64,000 bases of DNA. Source: Candidatus Melainabacteria bacterium 17Bon1m (GTDB lineage Bacteria > Cyanobacteriota > Vampirovibrionia > Obscuribacterales > Obscuribacteraceae). Position numbers and translations under genes: made by a program. This document shows positions 7,654-17,561 of the stretch, piece by piece (position 1 is the stretch's first letter; the number at the start of each line of letters is the position of its first letter). The notes below the pieces were generated by a model. The model searched no databases, was not told the origin of the DNA, and worked only from the letters and a program-made list of their open reading frames with translations. Location of the stretch: assembly GCA_032128875.1 (NCBI GenBank), contig JAVLKG010000003.1, positions 792,974 to 856,973 on the forward strand. The letters are read 5' to 3'.

Positions 7654-9351
7654 CTAAATTGCCGGTCTTATTTGATTCGCCTGGGCAATCAGCGCGCGCG
7701 CAAAGTCCAGTGCGGCTTTGGTGTCGCCCTCTCCAGATGCCATTTGCGCCAGTTGTTTGAGGCGCTCATCGCCTTTCAAGGTCTTCACACTGACGTTGGT
7801 TTCTTTGGCCGTTTGACGTTTGGCAACTTCAATATGGCTGTCTGCCACGGCCGCGATAATTGGCTGGTGCGTAATACAAAGGATCTGGTGGGACTTGGAA
7901 AGCACAGCCAGCTTGTCTCTTACCGCTTGCAGCGCTTTGCCGCTCATACCCGTGTCGATTTCATCGAATATGACGGTTGGAACATGGTCGCCGGCCGCAA
8001 AAATAGATTTGACTGCCAGCATGATTCTCGAAAGTTCGCCGCCTGAGGCGATCTTGCCCAGCGATTGAGCGGGCAGACCGGGGTTTGGCGCTATTTGAAA
8101 CTCTAATTTGTCGACGCCCATGGCGGTGGGTTCGCTCAGAGTTTCTATTTCAATATGAAAGACGGCGCGCTCCATGCCAAGGTCTCTGAGCTCTTTTTGA
8201 ACCCTCGCCCCGAGGTCGGCTGCCAATTTTTTCCTGGACTCTGACAACTTCTCGGCAATTTTAATTAGACGGTGGTAAAGCTGTTCTGCTTCAACCTTTA
8301 TCTCTTCAATTTTCTCGCTGGAGCGTGTGAGATTGTCGATTTCGGTTTTCAGGGATTCTCTTGTTTCGATTGCCGTCGCTAACGTGGGACCATACTTCTT
8401 TTTGATGCCGGTGATTACCGACAAGCGCGATTCCAGGTGATTGAGAGCCTCAGGATCGCTGTCCAGTGTGTCTTTGTAGCGGCGCAGTTCAGCCAGGCTT
8501 TCTTCGAGGTGGAATAAGCTTGTTTTCAACGGTTCTGTAGCTGCACTTAATTCAGGATCGAATCTTTCCGCCTTTTCCAGTCCTGCTAGGGCTTCCTGCA
8601 AGCTGTCTATGGCAGGCTTTCCATCGCTGTCACCATCGCCGTTCAATAGAGCCCTGGCTAGATTTACCGATTCTTCCAAAGTTTGAGCATGGGCAAGTTT
8701 GTTGTGCTCGGCACTCAAATGCTCGTCTTCATCGGGGTCGGCAAGATTTGCTTCATTCAATTCTTCAAGTTGGAACGTGGCAAAATCCAGCCGTCTGGTT
8801 CTTTCCTGTTCTGAAATTTCCAACTCTGACAGTTCTGCCAGGAGTTCTTTTCTTTGTGCATAAAGGGTGCGCACTTCGTCGATGACTTTGCGGTGTACGT
8901 CGCTGCCCAGACTGTCCAGCATTTCGAGCTGAGACTGCGGGGACATCAATGTTCGTGCCTCGTGTTGGGCATGAACTGTGATCAATAATGCACGAAGTTC
9001 TTGCAGAACCGAATGGTTTACGGTGGTGCCGTTTATGCGCACCTTTGAGCCGGTTTTAGTGATTTCGCGGCTGACTACAAGCGACTTTGAATCTTCGTCG
9101 ATCAAATCTTCCTGCTTCAACCATGCTTCCACCCGTGGTGTCGGATGAAATGTTGCTTCAATCTTTGATCGCTCGCAGCCGATTCTTATAAACTGCGCTC
9201 CGACTTTGCCGCCGAGCACCGCACTCAGTGCGTCCATTACAATCGATTTCCCGGCGCCGGTCTCGCCTGTAAGAATATTTAGACCGTTTGACCAGTCAAT
9301 TTTGATCTGTTCGATCAGAGCAAAATCTTTGATTTCGAGACTTTCTAACAT
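7654..9351 (-). CDS. recN: DNA repair protein RecN
   Basis: LTGETGAGKS Walker A, long coiled coil, ASGGELSR signature, IFDEIDTG, ITHQP. Confidence 0.95.
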   Translation of the reverse strand: MLESLEIKDFALIEQIKIDWSNGLNILTGETGAGKSIVMDALSAVLGGKVGAQFIRIGCERSKIEATFHPTPRVEAWLKQEDLIDEDSKSLVVSREITKTGSKVRINGTTVNHSVLQELRALLITVHAQHEARTLMSPQSQLEMLDSLGSDVHRKVIDEVRTLYAQRKELLAELSELEISEQERTRRLDFATFQLEELNEANLADPDEDEHLSAEHNKLAHAQTLEESVNLARALLNGDGDSDGKPAIDSLQEALAGLEKAERFDPELSAATEPLKTSLFHLEESLAELRRYKDTLDSDPEALNHLESRLSVITGIKKKYGPTLATAIETRESLKTEIDNLTRSSEKIEEIKVEAEQLYHRLIKIAEKLSESRKKLAADLGARVQKELRDLGMERAVFHIEIETLSEPTAMGVDKLEFQIAPNPGLPAQSLGKIASGGELSRIMLAVKSIFAAGDHVPTVIFDEIDTGMSGKALQAVRDKLAVLSKSHQILCITHQPIIAAVADSHIEVAKRQTAKETNVSVKTLKGDERLKQLAQMASGEGDTKAALDFARALIAQANQIRPAI

Positions 9352-9496
9352 GCACCGTATATAGAGTCGTATATCTTTTGTTCGCAGGAGCCGATGCCCC
9401 TACCGGCAATATCATAGCGAATTCAGATCGTCGTGCAAGACCTTTGAGTTAGGCGTTTTAAGTGACAGGTTGAAAATCCTTCGGCTTGTCTTTCAT

Positions 9497-10210
9497 TTAG
9501 CCTAGCGAGTCGCCGGAGCCCTCAGCTTTAGTGCCTGCCGGATCATTCGGGGATGACGATTTTGCCTCCGGGCTCACTCTCACTCCCACCATCCAAAACG
9601 CAATGCAGCTGGTTATCGCGTTTAGCAAACCGAGAAAAATCAAACCCAGCATTGTCGCGCCGGATTTAAGTTTCACATTAGCCATGGAATCTAACAAAGA
9701 CATTTCTTTAGCGCGAATCGACTGCACTTCTTTGCGCAGATCGTCGGAATTGGTGCGCAAGTCTTTCAAGAGCTGACGCTGTTTATCTTCAGGCAGACCG
9801 CTTTTCGGCGAATCAATCGCTGACTGAACCTCTTTTGCAGCTTTGACAATTTCGGCTGAAAGTTCGCTGACTTTGATTGTCTCATTGGTCGGCAGCGTCC
9901 CAATCAACTCAGTCAGCTCTTTTTTTCGTTTCGGCAAATCTGCCAAGTTTTCTTTCAAGCGCGAACCGAGTGTTTCGTCACGGTCCTTGAAATACGGCAC
10001 CAAATAAAGGGCGACATCATTGCCTGATTTGGAAATTTCCTCGGCTGCTGAGGCGATTTGAATTTGTTTTTTCAGTGCCATCAAGTAGCCGCGTTGTGCC
10101 TCGGCCACTTCTATGCGCGCAAATCCCCTTGCACCTAAAAACGTCGGTATGGATATCGCCGTTAAGACGACGAACAGCATTATCCAGGTCTTTTTACTCA
10201 GTTCAGGCAT
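9497..10210 (-). CDS. Membrane protein: two TM helices flanking a helical extracytoplasmic domain (sensor-like), no output domain
   Basis: N- and C-terminal hydrophobic helices around about 150 aa amphipathic helical region; short polar tail. Confidence 0.6.
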   Translation of the reverse strand: MPELSKKTWIMLFVVLTAISIPTFLGARGFARIEVAEAQRGYLMALKKQIQIASAAEEISKSGNDVALYLVPYFKDRDETLGSRLKENLADLPKRKKELTELIGTLPTNETIKVSELSAEIVKAAKEVQSAIDSPKSGLPEDKQRQLLKDLRTNSDDLRKEVQSIRAKEMSLLDSMANVKLKSGATMLGLIFLGLLNAITSCIAFWMVGVRVSPEAKSSSPNDPAGTKAEGSGDSLG

Positions 10211-10308
10211 GATGACATATTAGCCCAAATTTTGAGCCAGTCGAAGCAGGATTTGGCTGACGTGTAAAATCGAAGTAGTAGAACTCGGCTAACTAAAAGA
10301 ATGCGCTC

Positions 10309-10557
10309 ATGAATCAGAAACTGTTACCGCAAATCGTAATAGGAATTGCCGGTGCGGTTATCTTCTTTCTGTGCGGCGCGGCGGCGGGATGGTGCATTTT
10401 GATCGCCCCTGTGGATGGTCCGAAAAATCCTTTCGACCTTAATAACGTGGAGATTCTATTGATTTGCGGACTGATACCAGCAGTGCTTGGAAGTGCACTG
10501 GGAATTTTCGTTTTGCGAGCAATTGAGCAGCGCAAGGAACTAGACAACTACCAATAG
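10309..10557 (+). CDS. Small 2-TM hypothetical membrane protein
   Basis: 82 aa, two hydrophobic segments, fills gap between flanking genes. Confidence 0.6.
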   Translation: MNQKLLPQIVIGIAGAVIFFLCGAAAGWCILIAPVDGPKNPFDLNNVEILLICGLIPAVLGSALGIFVLRAIEQRKELDNYQ

Positions 10558-10605
10558 TAGCTGCTGCGTAGAGAGCGCTCCTGCATTAATGTAACTCGTG
10601 TTCGC

Positions 10606-11685
10606 TTAAGCAGGCGTCAGGGCGTGAATACTGACTTGAGCGGCGACTTGTTTTGCAATTTCGATAAACGCTTGCGAAACGGGGCTTTCTGGGTGCGTTG
10701 CCGTAATCGGTGCACCGAGGTCGCCGCCTTCGCGAATGCTTGTATCGAGAGGAATTTCGCCGAGGAACGGCACGCCTGCAGCTTCTGCAACGCGCTTGCC
10801 GCCACCGTGTCCGAAGATTTCGAAGCGCTCGGTGGAACCAGGCGGCTGGAAGTAGCTCATATTCTCAACGAATCCAAGAACCGGGACATCCATTTGTTGG
10901 AACATCGCCAAGCCCTTTTGACCGTCCAGAAGGGCAACTTCTTGCGGTGTGGTCACGATGACGCCGCCGGAAAGTTGTGTCGCTTGAACCATAGTCAATT
11001 GGGCATCGCCGGTGCCTGGGGGCATGTCCACGATGAGGTAATCCAGTTCATCCCACTGAACGTCGCGCAAAAATTGCCGGATGGCTTTGTCGAGCATTGG
11101 TCCGCGCCAAATGATCGGTGTTTCTCTATTAACGAAAAACGCCATTGAAATGACTTTGACGCCGTAATTTTCGGTGGGAAGAATTCTATTGTCTTTGGCG
11201 ACGGGTTGATAGTCGTCGACGCCCATCATGAGCGGAACATTCGGTCCGGTGATGTCTGCATCGAGCAAACCGACTCTGGCGCCCAGTTGTGCAAGTGCGA
11301 TTGCAAGATTGACAGAAACAGTGGTTTTGCCGACTCCGCCTTTGCCTGAGGTCACTGCGATAATTTGGCGAATACCCTCGACAGGCTCTTTGCCTCTCGG
11401 TTTCAGACCAGCCACAGCAGCGCCTGATTCCATCTCAACTTCGGTGACGCCAGGGATTTTGGCGACAGCTTCTTTGGCTTCCGTCTCCAGCTTCTCTTTG
11501 ACGGGGCACGCCGGTGTCGTCAGAGTCAGCTTGAAGAAGACTTTGCCTCCTTCTATTTTGATGTCGGAAATCATGCCCAGCGTGACGATATCGGTATGGA
11601 GATCTGGGTCCATAACCGTTCTCAGGGCGTTGTTTACAACTTCTGGGGTGATCGCTTCTGTTTGAACGCTAACCATAACTGTCAC
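10606..11685 (-). CDS. mrp: Mrp/ApbC (NBP35-family) Fe-S cluster carrier ATPase with N-terminal DUF59
   Basis: DPDL..DIV.LG, TTPACP, SGKGGVGKTT, DMPPGTGD, VENMS; start 11685 or 11676. Confidence 0.9.
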   Translation of the reverse strand: MTVMVSVQTEAITPEVVNNALRTVMDPDLHTDIVTLGMISDIKIEGGKVFFKLTLTTPACPVKEKLETEAKEAVAKIPGVTEVEMESGAAVAGLKPRGKEPVEGIRQIIAVTSGKGGVGKTTVSVNLAIALAQLGARVGLLDADITGPNVPLMMGVDDYQPVAKDNRILPTENYGVKVISMAFFVNRETPIIWRGPMLDKAIRQFLRDVQWDELDYLIVDMPPGTGDAQLTMVQATQLSGGVIVTTPQEVALLDGQKGLAMFQQMDVPVLGFVENMSYFQPPGSTERFEIFGHGGGKRVAEAAGVPFLGEIPLDTSIREGGDLGAPITATHPESPVSQAFIEIAKQVAAQVSIHALTPA

Positions 11686-11910
11686 CTATCCTACCTATCT
11701 GGTCTCTTGGACCGGGGATATGCCATCGGGCGCGCAACCCGGAGCGCACCTCTTCTGCTGTAGATGATAACCTCGAGCAGCCAGTCTGCCTGGCAACATA
11801 ATCAATTCTTCTATTTAGAGAGCCCTTTTCTGAGACATATGTTATCTCTCGCGTAAGGGCTCTGCCCGCTTGCTGCCTGTCGCGGGGTTCTTGCCAGGTC
11901 GAAAGAGCGA

Positions 11911-13065
11911 TTACTTTCTTGCTTCTGCCGTTACATTTTCAGTTTTACGCAGAGCTTCGGCAGTCTCGAGAGTATCAGGGTGTTGAGCGCCCAAACACTT
12001 TGTTTGAGATTCAAGAGCCGTGCTCAATTGTCTCTTTGCCTTATTCTTATCGCCTTGTTTCAAACTCAGTTCTCCAAGCGATGACAGCGTTTTGGCGATG
12101 GTCGGGTGACCTGGCTTGAAAAATGCTTGCCTCGTTTGGAACGATTTTTCCAAGTAGTTTTGTGCTTTTTCTAAATTTCCCTTCTCGAGAAAAAGCCTCC
12201 CCATTGTGCATTCGTCCGACGCTACGTTTGGATGCTTTTCGCCGAACGCCTTTCGGTCAATTGCGATTGTTTTATCCAAAGTCTTTTCAGCCTCGTCGAA
12301 TCGCCCTTGCTTTTGCAGAATTTTTGCCAGGTTTTCCATCACTTCAGCGCACTCGAGCGAGTTTTTTCCGGTTTCCTTTTCCCTCATAGCTAGCGCCTTT
12401 TCGGTTGCCTGCTGCGCCTCTGCTAATTTCCCCTGCTCTCTGAGCGATCTACCTAATCCGTTGTAAATTGCTGCAAGTTTGGTGTCGCTGTCTTTTCTGA
12501 TATTTGTTTTCCAAGTGTCGAGCGCGCGTTTGTACACAGCCTCCGCCTCAGCATAATGCCCGAGGTCGTTCAGTAAAGCGCCTTCGTTGCTCAGACTCAT
12601 AGGCAATTCTTGACGTTTTGGAAAGTATTTTTCTGCAATTTCGACTGTTTCTTTGACATAGGGCGCCGCCAGTCTATATCTGCCGGTGCCTCGATAAATC
12701 ATGCCGAGGTTGTTGAGAACGCGTACCATCCTTGGGTCTTTGGCGTTTTCTGTTTTGCACTGTTCGTAGCAGAAGAGGAATTCCTCTTCCGCCTGCTCGT
12801 ACAGTCCCTGCTTGAAATAAGACTCGCCTTTTCCAATGGATGCGTAGTAAGGCATTGATTTTATGGCGATGAAAACTGCCCAAGGAACGGCAATGACATA
12901 AAGGACAATGCGAACCTTGTTGATTGTGTTCTGGTACGGACGGATTTTTTCCTGCAGAGCACGGACTTTTTGCTGTGCTGCGCGGAACTTCGCAGTGGCG
13001 CTGCCAGGACGGCTGGATGCTGCAGGATCAGTGAATTTTTCTGTTTTTGATGTTTCGTCCGTCAT
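11911..13065 (-). CDS. Membrane-anchored tetratricopeptide repeat protein (kinesin light chain-like TPRs)
   Basis: One TM then repeated LNNLG..Y...G.Y..A / HP..A..L units. Confidence 0.8.
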   Translation of the reverse strand: MTDETSKTEKFTDPAASSRPGSATAKFRAAQQKVRALQEKIRPYQNTINKVRIVLYVIAVPWAVFIAIKSMPYYASIGKGESYFKQGLYEQAEEEFLFCYEQCKTENAKDPRMVRVLNNLGMIYRGTGRYRLAAPYVKETVEIAEKYFPKRQELPMSLSNEGALLNDLGHYAEAEAVYKRALDTWKTNIRKDSDTKLAAIYNGLGRSLREQGKLAEAQQATEKALAMREKETGKNSLECAEVMENLAKILQKQGRFDEAEKTLDKTIAIDRKAFGEKHPNVASDECTMGRLFLEKGNLEKAQNYLEKSFQTRQAFFKPGHPTIAKTLSSLGELSLKQGDKNKAKRQLSTALESQTKCLGAQHPDTLETAEALRKTENVTAEARK

Positions 13066-13292
13066 ATCGTTTGATGTGAATCCGTCGGCACGCCAGCAGG
13101 TATTGCTGGCGTGATTATCGGGCAAATGCACTTGGCATTTTAACCGCGAAAGTTGGCTGTTTGTCTAGTAAGCGCCCTTGAGGGCATTATGCTTGCAGCG
13201 TAAGTCCCGCAGCGCCGGAAGTCAATCAGGGAAAACCATGAGATATTTGATTCTGTGTTCTGACGACAAGAACTGTAAGAGGGTCTAGCGGC

Positions 13293-15092
13293 GTGAAACC
13301 ACAAAATCGATTCTTTTACCTGTCTATTTCCTTGATGCTATTTTGCGCGCAAGCGGTTTTAGCATTTTCGCAGGAAGAAAGCAGCGCTGAGCCTAACGAT
13401 GCCGGACAGAAATTGGATTCCGCCGAACCGGAGCACCAGGGTTTGCATAATCGGTTCGCAGAACATCGCAGAAAGCGCCTCCAGCAAAGGCAAATGCGCC
13501 GGCAGCAAAAGAACCAAAACGATCTTAATAGCAGTAGCAATCAGCAAATTCAAAGCCCGCCAGAACAAGGCGTTCTTAGACAAGACACAAAACTGCCGAC
13601 TAGAATTGAGAAATCTCACGATAAATCCGCTGCCAAAGAAGCGCCATGTCTGTCATGGCTCAATCCAATAGGCAAGCCGAAAGCCATCATCATTTGCGTG
13701 CATGGTCTGGGATTACATTGTGGCAGCTACGAGCAATTTGGAAAGGCGATGGCCCTGCGTGGCTATGCTGTTTATGCGGTTGACGTGCGAGGTTTTGGTT
13801 CTTGGATGGCCGCCAAAGGGCGAGAAAAATGCGATTTTAAACATTGCAGCGACGACATCGTTTCTACTCTCAATGTGCTGCACCTGGCGAATCCCGGCGT
13901 ACCTGTATACCTGCTTGGTGAATCGATGGGAGGAGCAATTGCCTTAGATGTCGCGTCCGAAAATCCCGCTTTAATCAATGGTTTGATTTCGGCAGTGCCA
14001 GCGGCGGAGAGATTTAAGACTGGTCAAACCAACCTTAAGGTTTTCATGCATCTGCTTACTGGAAATCGCAAAGTCAATGTCGAAAAGTCAGTCGTCAATC
14101 GAGCTACTGCTGACCCGTCGCTGCGTGAAGAGTGGGCTGAAGATCCGCTTGCCCGAATGGATTTATCTGCTAGTGAGTTAATGCAGTTTCAAACTTTCAT
14201 GAATGAGAACCATGACAGAGCGAAGAAAATCGATAAGCTTCCTGTTCTGATCGTGCAAGGTGGAAAGGACAAACTCGTAAAGGCTGAGGGCACAAGAGAG
14301 CTGTTCGAGAAGCTTGTCACAGAGGACAAGAACCTCGCGATGGTGAATGGAGCCGAGCACCTGGTTTATGAGGAAGGGCAGTTCTCTAAAGAAGTCCTTG
14401 ACCTAACGGACAATTGGATTTCTCAGCGATTGCCGATGAAGGACGGTCAAGCTGCTTCGCCAAACATGATGAAGGCGCGAGCGATGGTGCAGTCTAAACA
14501 GTTTGCCAGAGTAATTCCACTGTTGCAAAGGATAGTCTTTGAGGAGCCGCAGAATCCGGAAGCTTATGTGTTGCTCGGATTGGCTTTCATGCGCACGGGG
14601 CATCCGTTGAAAGCCCGCGAGAATGTTCGCAAAGCTTTTTTGATGGCGCGTGCCAGCAAAGATCCGGAGAAGTCTCGCAAAGCAAATGATCTGCTCTTGA
14701 ACCTGCCACCGGAAATGGTAGCGCCAGTTCTTGCTCGTGCTGTCCGCGGTGCTATGCCGGGAAGTTCAGGCTCTCGCCGAATGCCATTTGCTGCAGGTTT
14801 ACAGCCGGGTAGTTACAAGGTTTTGATCTTCAGTGCGAAGTGGTGTGAGCCGTGCAAAGATCTTGAGCCGATTATCAATGAGGCTCGGTCGCGTTTCGGC
14901 AATAAAGTCCAGTTCAGCACAGTGGACGTCGACGATGAGAAGAATCAAGCGTTGATTGAGAAATACCACGTAAGCCCTGTTCCAACTATGATATTTCTGC
15001 GACCTGATGGAGACATCGCTGATTACTCAGTTGGATTTTCTGGGGTTTCCGGCATGATCAAAGGCATTGCAAAAATGTTATTGCCCGAATGA
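13293..15092 (+). CDS. Secreted alpha/beta hydrolase (lysophospholipase/MAG lipase-like) fused to TPR and thioredoxin domains
   Basis: Signal peptide; VHGLG, DVRGFG, GESMGG nucleophile, GGKD..V, AEH; TPR NPEAYVLLG; C-terminal WCEPC thioredoxin with cis-Pro-like VPT. Confidence 0.8.
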   Translation: MKPQNRFFYLSISLMLFCAQAVLAFSQEESSAEPNDAGQKLDSAEPEHQGLHNRFAEHRRKRLQQRQMRRQQKNQNDLNSSSNQQIQSPPEQGVLRQDTKLPTRIEKSHDKSAAKEAPCLSWLNPIGKPKAIIICVHGLGLHCGSYEQFGKAMALRGYAVYAVDVRGFGSWMAAKGREKCDFKHCSDDIVSTLNVLHLANPGVPVYLLGESMGGAIALDVASENPALINGLISAVPAAERFKTGQTNLKVFMHLLTGNRKVNVEKSVVNRATADPSLREEWAEDPLARMDLSASELMQFQTFMNENHDRAKKIDKLPVLIVQGGKDKLVKAEGTRELFEKLVTEDKNLAMVNGAEHLVYEEGQFSKEVLDLTDNWISQRLPMKDGQAASPNMMKARAMVQSKQFARVIPLLQRIVFEEPQNPEAYVLLGLAFMRTGHPLKARENVRKAFLMARASKDPEKSRKANDLLLNLPPEMVAPVLARAVRGAMPGSSGSRRMPFAAGLQPGSYKVLIFSAKWCEPCKDLEPIINEARSRFGNKVQFSTVDVDDEKNQALIEKYHVSPVPTMIFLRPDGDIADYSVGFSGVSGMIKGIAKMLLPE

Positions 15093-15637
15093 TATTACAT
15101 CTTTTCTGGTTCGTGCCTTTAGCCGTCGTCGCCTTGTCTGTGTTATGTTGGCGTTGCGGAGCAGTCCCGTTGCTGTGGTTGATGCCTTTTTTTTACGAAG
15201 GCTGTTATGCAATGGGTGAAGACCTGAGCATCGCATATGGTGCCGGCGCTTTTGTACATCAGATTGTACTTGCGTTTTTGAAGAAACGGCTGGGAGCGTA
15301 TGATTTCCGTCTTGCACCGGTTATGGTGCAAACTGCGGTTCTCCTTAATGCACAAGGAAAATACAAGGAGGCAGAACCCTATTTCTTGAAAGCAAAGGAG
15401 ATATACGAGCTGGCGCTAAACAATTTTCAGCAGAAAAACGAAAAGGACATGGTCGAAAAGATTGCTCGCGAGCTTGCCCAGTTAGGCTTGGATTATGCCT
15501 CGCTTTTGGAAGTAACCGGACGCCAGAAAGATGCCCCTACCATGCTTTTGCGCGTCGCGCGCCAATTGGAGGATAAGGGGCATCAGAGTTTGGCTGCGTC
15601 TCTTTCAGCAGAGGCGCTTAAGTACGAGCACAAGTGA
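15089..15637 (+). CDS. Membrane-associated TPR-like protein
   Basis: ATGA overlap with upstream gene; N-terminal hydrophobic segment; QGKYKEAEPYFLKA TPR-like motif. Confidence 0.6.
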   Translation: MILHLFWFVPLAVVALSVLCWRCGAVPLLWLMPFFYEGCYAMGEDLSIAYGAGAFVHQIVLAFLKKRLGAYDFRLAPVMVQTAVLLNAQGKYKEAEPYFLKAKEIYELALNNFQQKNEKDMVEKIARELAQLGLDYASLLEVTGRQKDAPTMLLRVARQLEDKGHQSLAASLSAEALKYEHK

Positions 15638-15651
15638 GTAAATTGAATTTA

Positions 15652-17112
15652 CTATTTCTCAATCGCGCTGAGCGTATTTTTCATGGAGTCGAAGAATACT
15701 TGGGCCATAAACATCTGGTTGAGAGTCCACGGGGCACTGTGTTTTTCGATTGTCTTGCGCAGAACCTGGAATGGATGGGTGTTTGCGCGCGTTTTTTCTA
15801 CGCTCATAAATATTGAACTTGCCCAGGTGAATGTCTGAGTCAACTCAGGCCTGAATATGTGCATACTCAGGTCGTGAGCAGGGAATGACATTGTGATGAC
15901 ACCACTGGCGGTTTCAATCATGCCTTCCAGCGGAAACTTCGCGCGCAGATTATCTTCCACGAAAAAATGCTTTTGGTCTGTTGTTTTCAGCCATTCTGCA
16001 TACTTCGAAAGGTCGATGTTTGCAGGTGTTACCGGATAGGTTCGAATTGTGTTGTGACTGATCAGTGCAAGTCCTTTTCCGTCGAATAGTTCCAGGATAG
16101 TCGGTGCACTGTTAATCAGCTCTATCTCTAGCGCTTCTTGAGTCGGATTCTCCCGAACCTTTTCAAAAAAACGTTTGAGCTTCTCTTTTAGATCACGCTC
16201 TGAATTGTCTTCATAAGCGCTGATTCTCAAGGAGATCAACTTTCCTACTACCTCGCAGTACGACCGCAGCCAGTGTGGAACTGCCTTTGCTTTTGCGTGG
16301 TGGCAAACAATCAGTCCCCACAATCGTCCGTTAGAAACAATAGAGATCGTCAAACTTGCTCCAATCCCATTTTCGCGCAGATGCTGGATGTGAAGCTTGG
16401 AAGCGCTTGTTAAGGCGCAATTACTGAGGGTGATTGGTCCGGAGTCGCCGACTAATGTCGCGGGCTCGTAGTGAGAATCGGGAACTGCTCTGACTGTGTT
16501 TCGACAGTAAGCTTCACACGTTTCCAGGGTTATATCTTGAGCCGGAAACGATAGATTCAAGAAAGAGTCCATGCCTGGCGAAACGCGCTCGGCGATAATC
16601 TGGCCGGTCATAGCTTGGTCGAGCTTGTATACCATCACACGATCAAATCCACTCAGCTTTTTCATTTCCGGTGGAATCAACTGAATGAGCTCTTCAATGC
16701 TGCCGACTTTGCCGAAGGTTGCTACAGCCTCAGTGAGTGCCACTGTTTGTTCGGTGGATGCTTCCGTGTCGTCCTCACTTTCTTCCATCTCTATGAGGAT
16801 ACGGTTCTCTATTGTTTGTACAAAACAGTTGAACTTTCTTTGATCAAATAGTGGAAAGTCCCCTGAAATAAGCATCAGCGTGCGACCTTCTTGGTTGATA
16901 CGCCTTCTGAGATTGGCTGTGATCGCCGCTCCAAAAAGTTCTTCAAAGGTATGGCCAATAATTGTCTTGGCGCCGCCAACAACGATTTTGCTGAAGTTGG
17001 TGCTGGCTTTCAGTACTGTTAAATCTTCTTTCTCAAGCACTAACAGAAATCCGTTAGGTTGAATCGTTGCTTCATTTGATGGAAATTTTTCCGCTTCTTC
17101 GTTTTTGAACAT
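15652..17112 (-). CDS. Phytochrome photosensory-core-like protein (PAS-GAF-PHY) without output domain
   Basis: IQPNGFLLVL (PAS2), SGFDRVMVYK, FPAQDI, ASLTISIV...LWGLI.CHH (phytochrome GAF), FRPE...TWA (PHY); RBS GGGGAG before ATG 17112. Confidence 0.8.
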   Translation of the reverse strand: MFKNEEAEKFPSNEATIQPNGFLLVLEKEDLTVLKASTNFSKIVVGGAKTIIGHTFEELFGAAITANLRRRINQEGRTLMLISGDFPLFDQRKFNCFVQTIENRILIEMEESEDDTEASTEQTVALTEAVATFGKVGSIEELIQLIPPEMKKLSGFDRVMVYKLDQAMTGQIIAERVSPGMDSFLNLSFPAQDITLETCEAYCRNTVRAVPDSHYEPATLVGDSGPITLSNCALTSASKLHIQHLRENGIGASLTISIVSNGRLWGLIVCHHAKAKAVPHWLRSYCEVVGKLISLRISAYEDNSERDLKEKLKRFFEKVRENPTQEALEIELINSAPTILELFDGKGLALISHNTIRTYPVTPANIDLSKYAEWLKTTDQKHFFVEDNLRAKFPLEGMIETASGVITMSFPAHDLSMHIFRPELTQTFTWASSIFMSVEKTRANTHPFQVLRKTIEKHSAPWTLNQMFMAQVFFDSMKNTLSAIEK

Positions 17113-17192
17113 AAGTCTCCCCACAGAACCCCAACTAGGGTTCCTCGTCTCTGTGGTATTGGTTGCGTAAATTTGTCTAACTGTGCCAGCCG

Positions 17193-17393
17193 CTATGCGA
17201 CTCGATTACTGGACTCGTCAGCAAGCGGTTGCACTTTTCCGTCTTGTCTTTTTAACAGTGTGTCGACGAGCGCTCTATAGATTTCCAGAGCCTTTTTAGG
17301 TTGTCCGTGAGTGGCTAAGAATTCCGCCATCCACTTAAGTTCTTTTATTGGCGTGTCACCATTGGCTCCTCGTGTGAGATTGTTTTTGTCCAT
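17193..17393 (-). CDS. Small hypothetical protein with one TPR-like helix pair
   Basis: MAEFLATHGQPKKALEIYRAL; AAGGTG upstream. Confidence 0.45.
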   Translation of the reverse strand: MDKNNLTRGANGDTPIKELKWMAEFLATHGQPKKALEIYRALVDTLLKRQDGKVQPLADESSNRVA

Positions 17394-17561
17394 AACTAAA
17401 CACCTTATTTTGATCCGCAGCACAGATGCGAATCGTGAGATTGCTCTGGCTACGAGTTTGACGGACCAATACCGCGTTAGTTCCTCTGTAAAAAATGAGC
17501 AAAAGTGGGAACCTGGGAACCCAATAAGCGCCCCTAGATGGGCACGGTCATCTGGGCAGTG

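Noticed and set aside
17121-17156. Hairpin next to the SD of the phytochrome-like gene
   Set aside because: Short CCACAGA/TCTGTGG stem does not clearly cover the SD; not distinguishable from chance.
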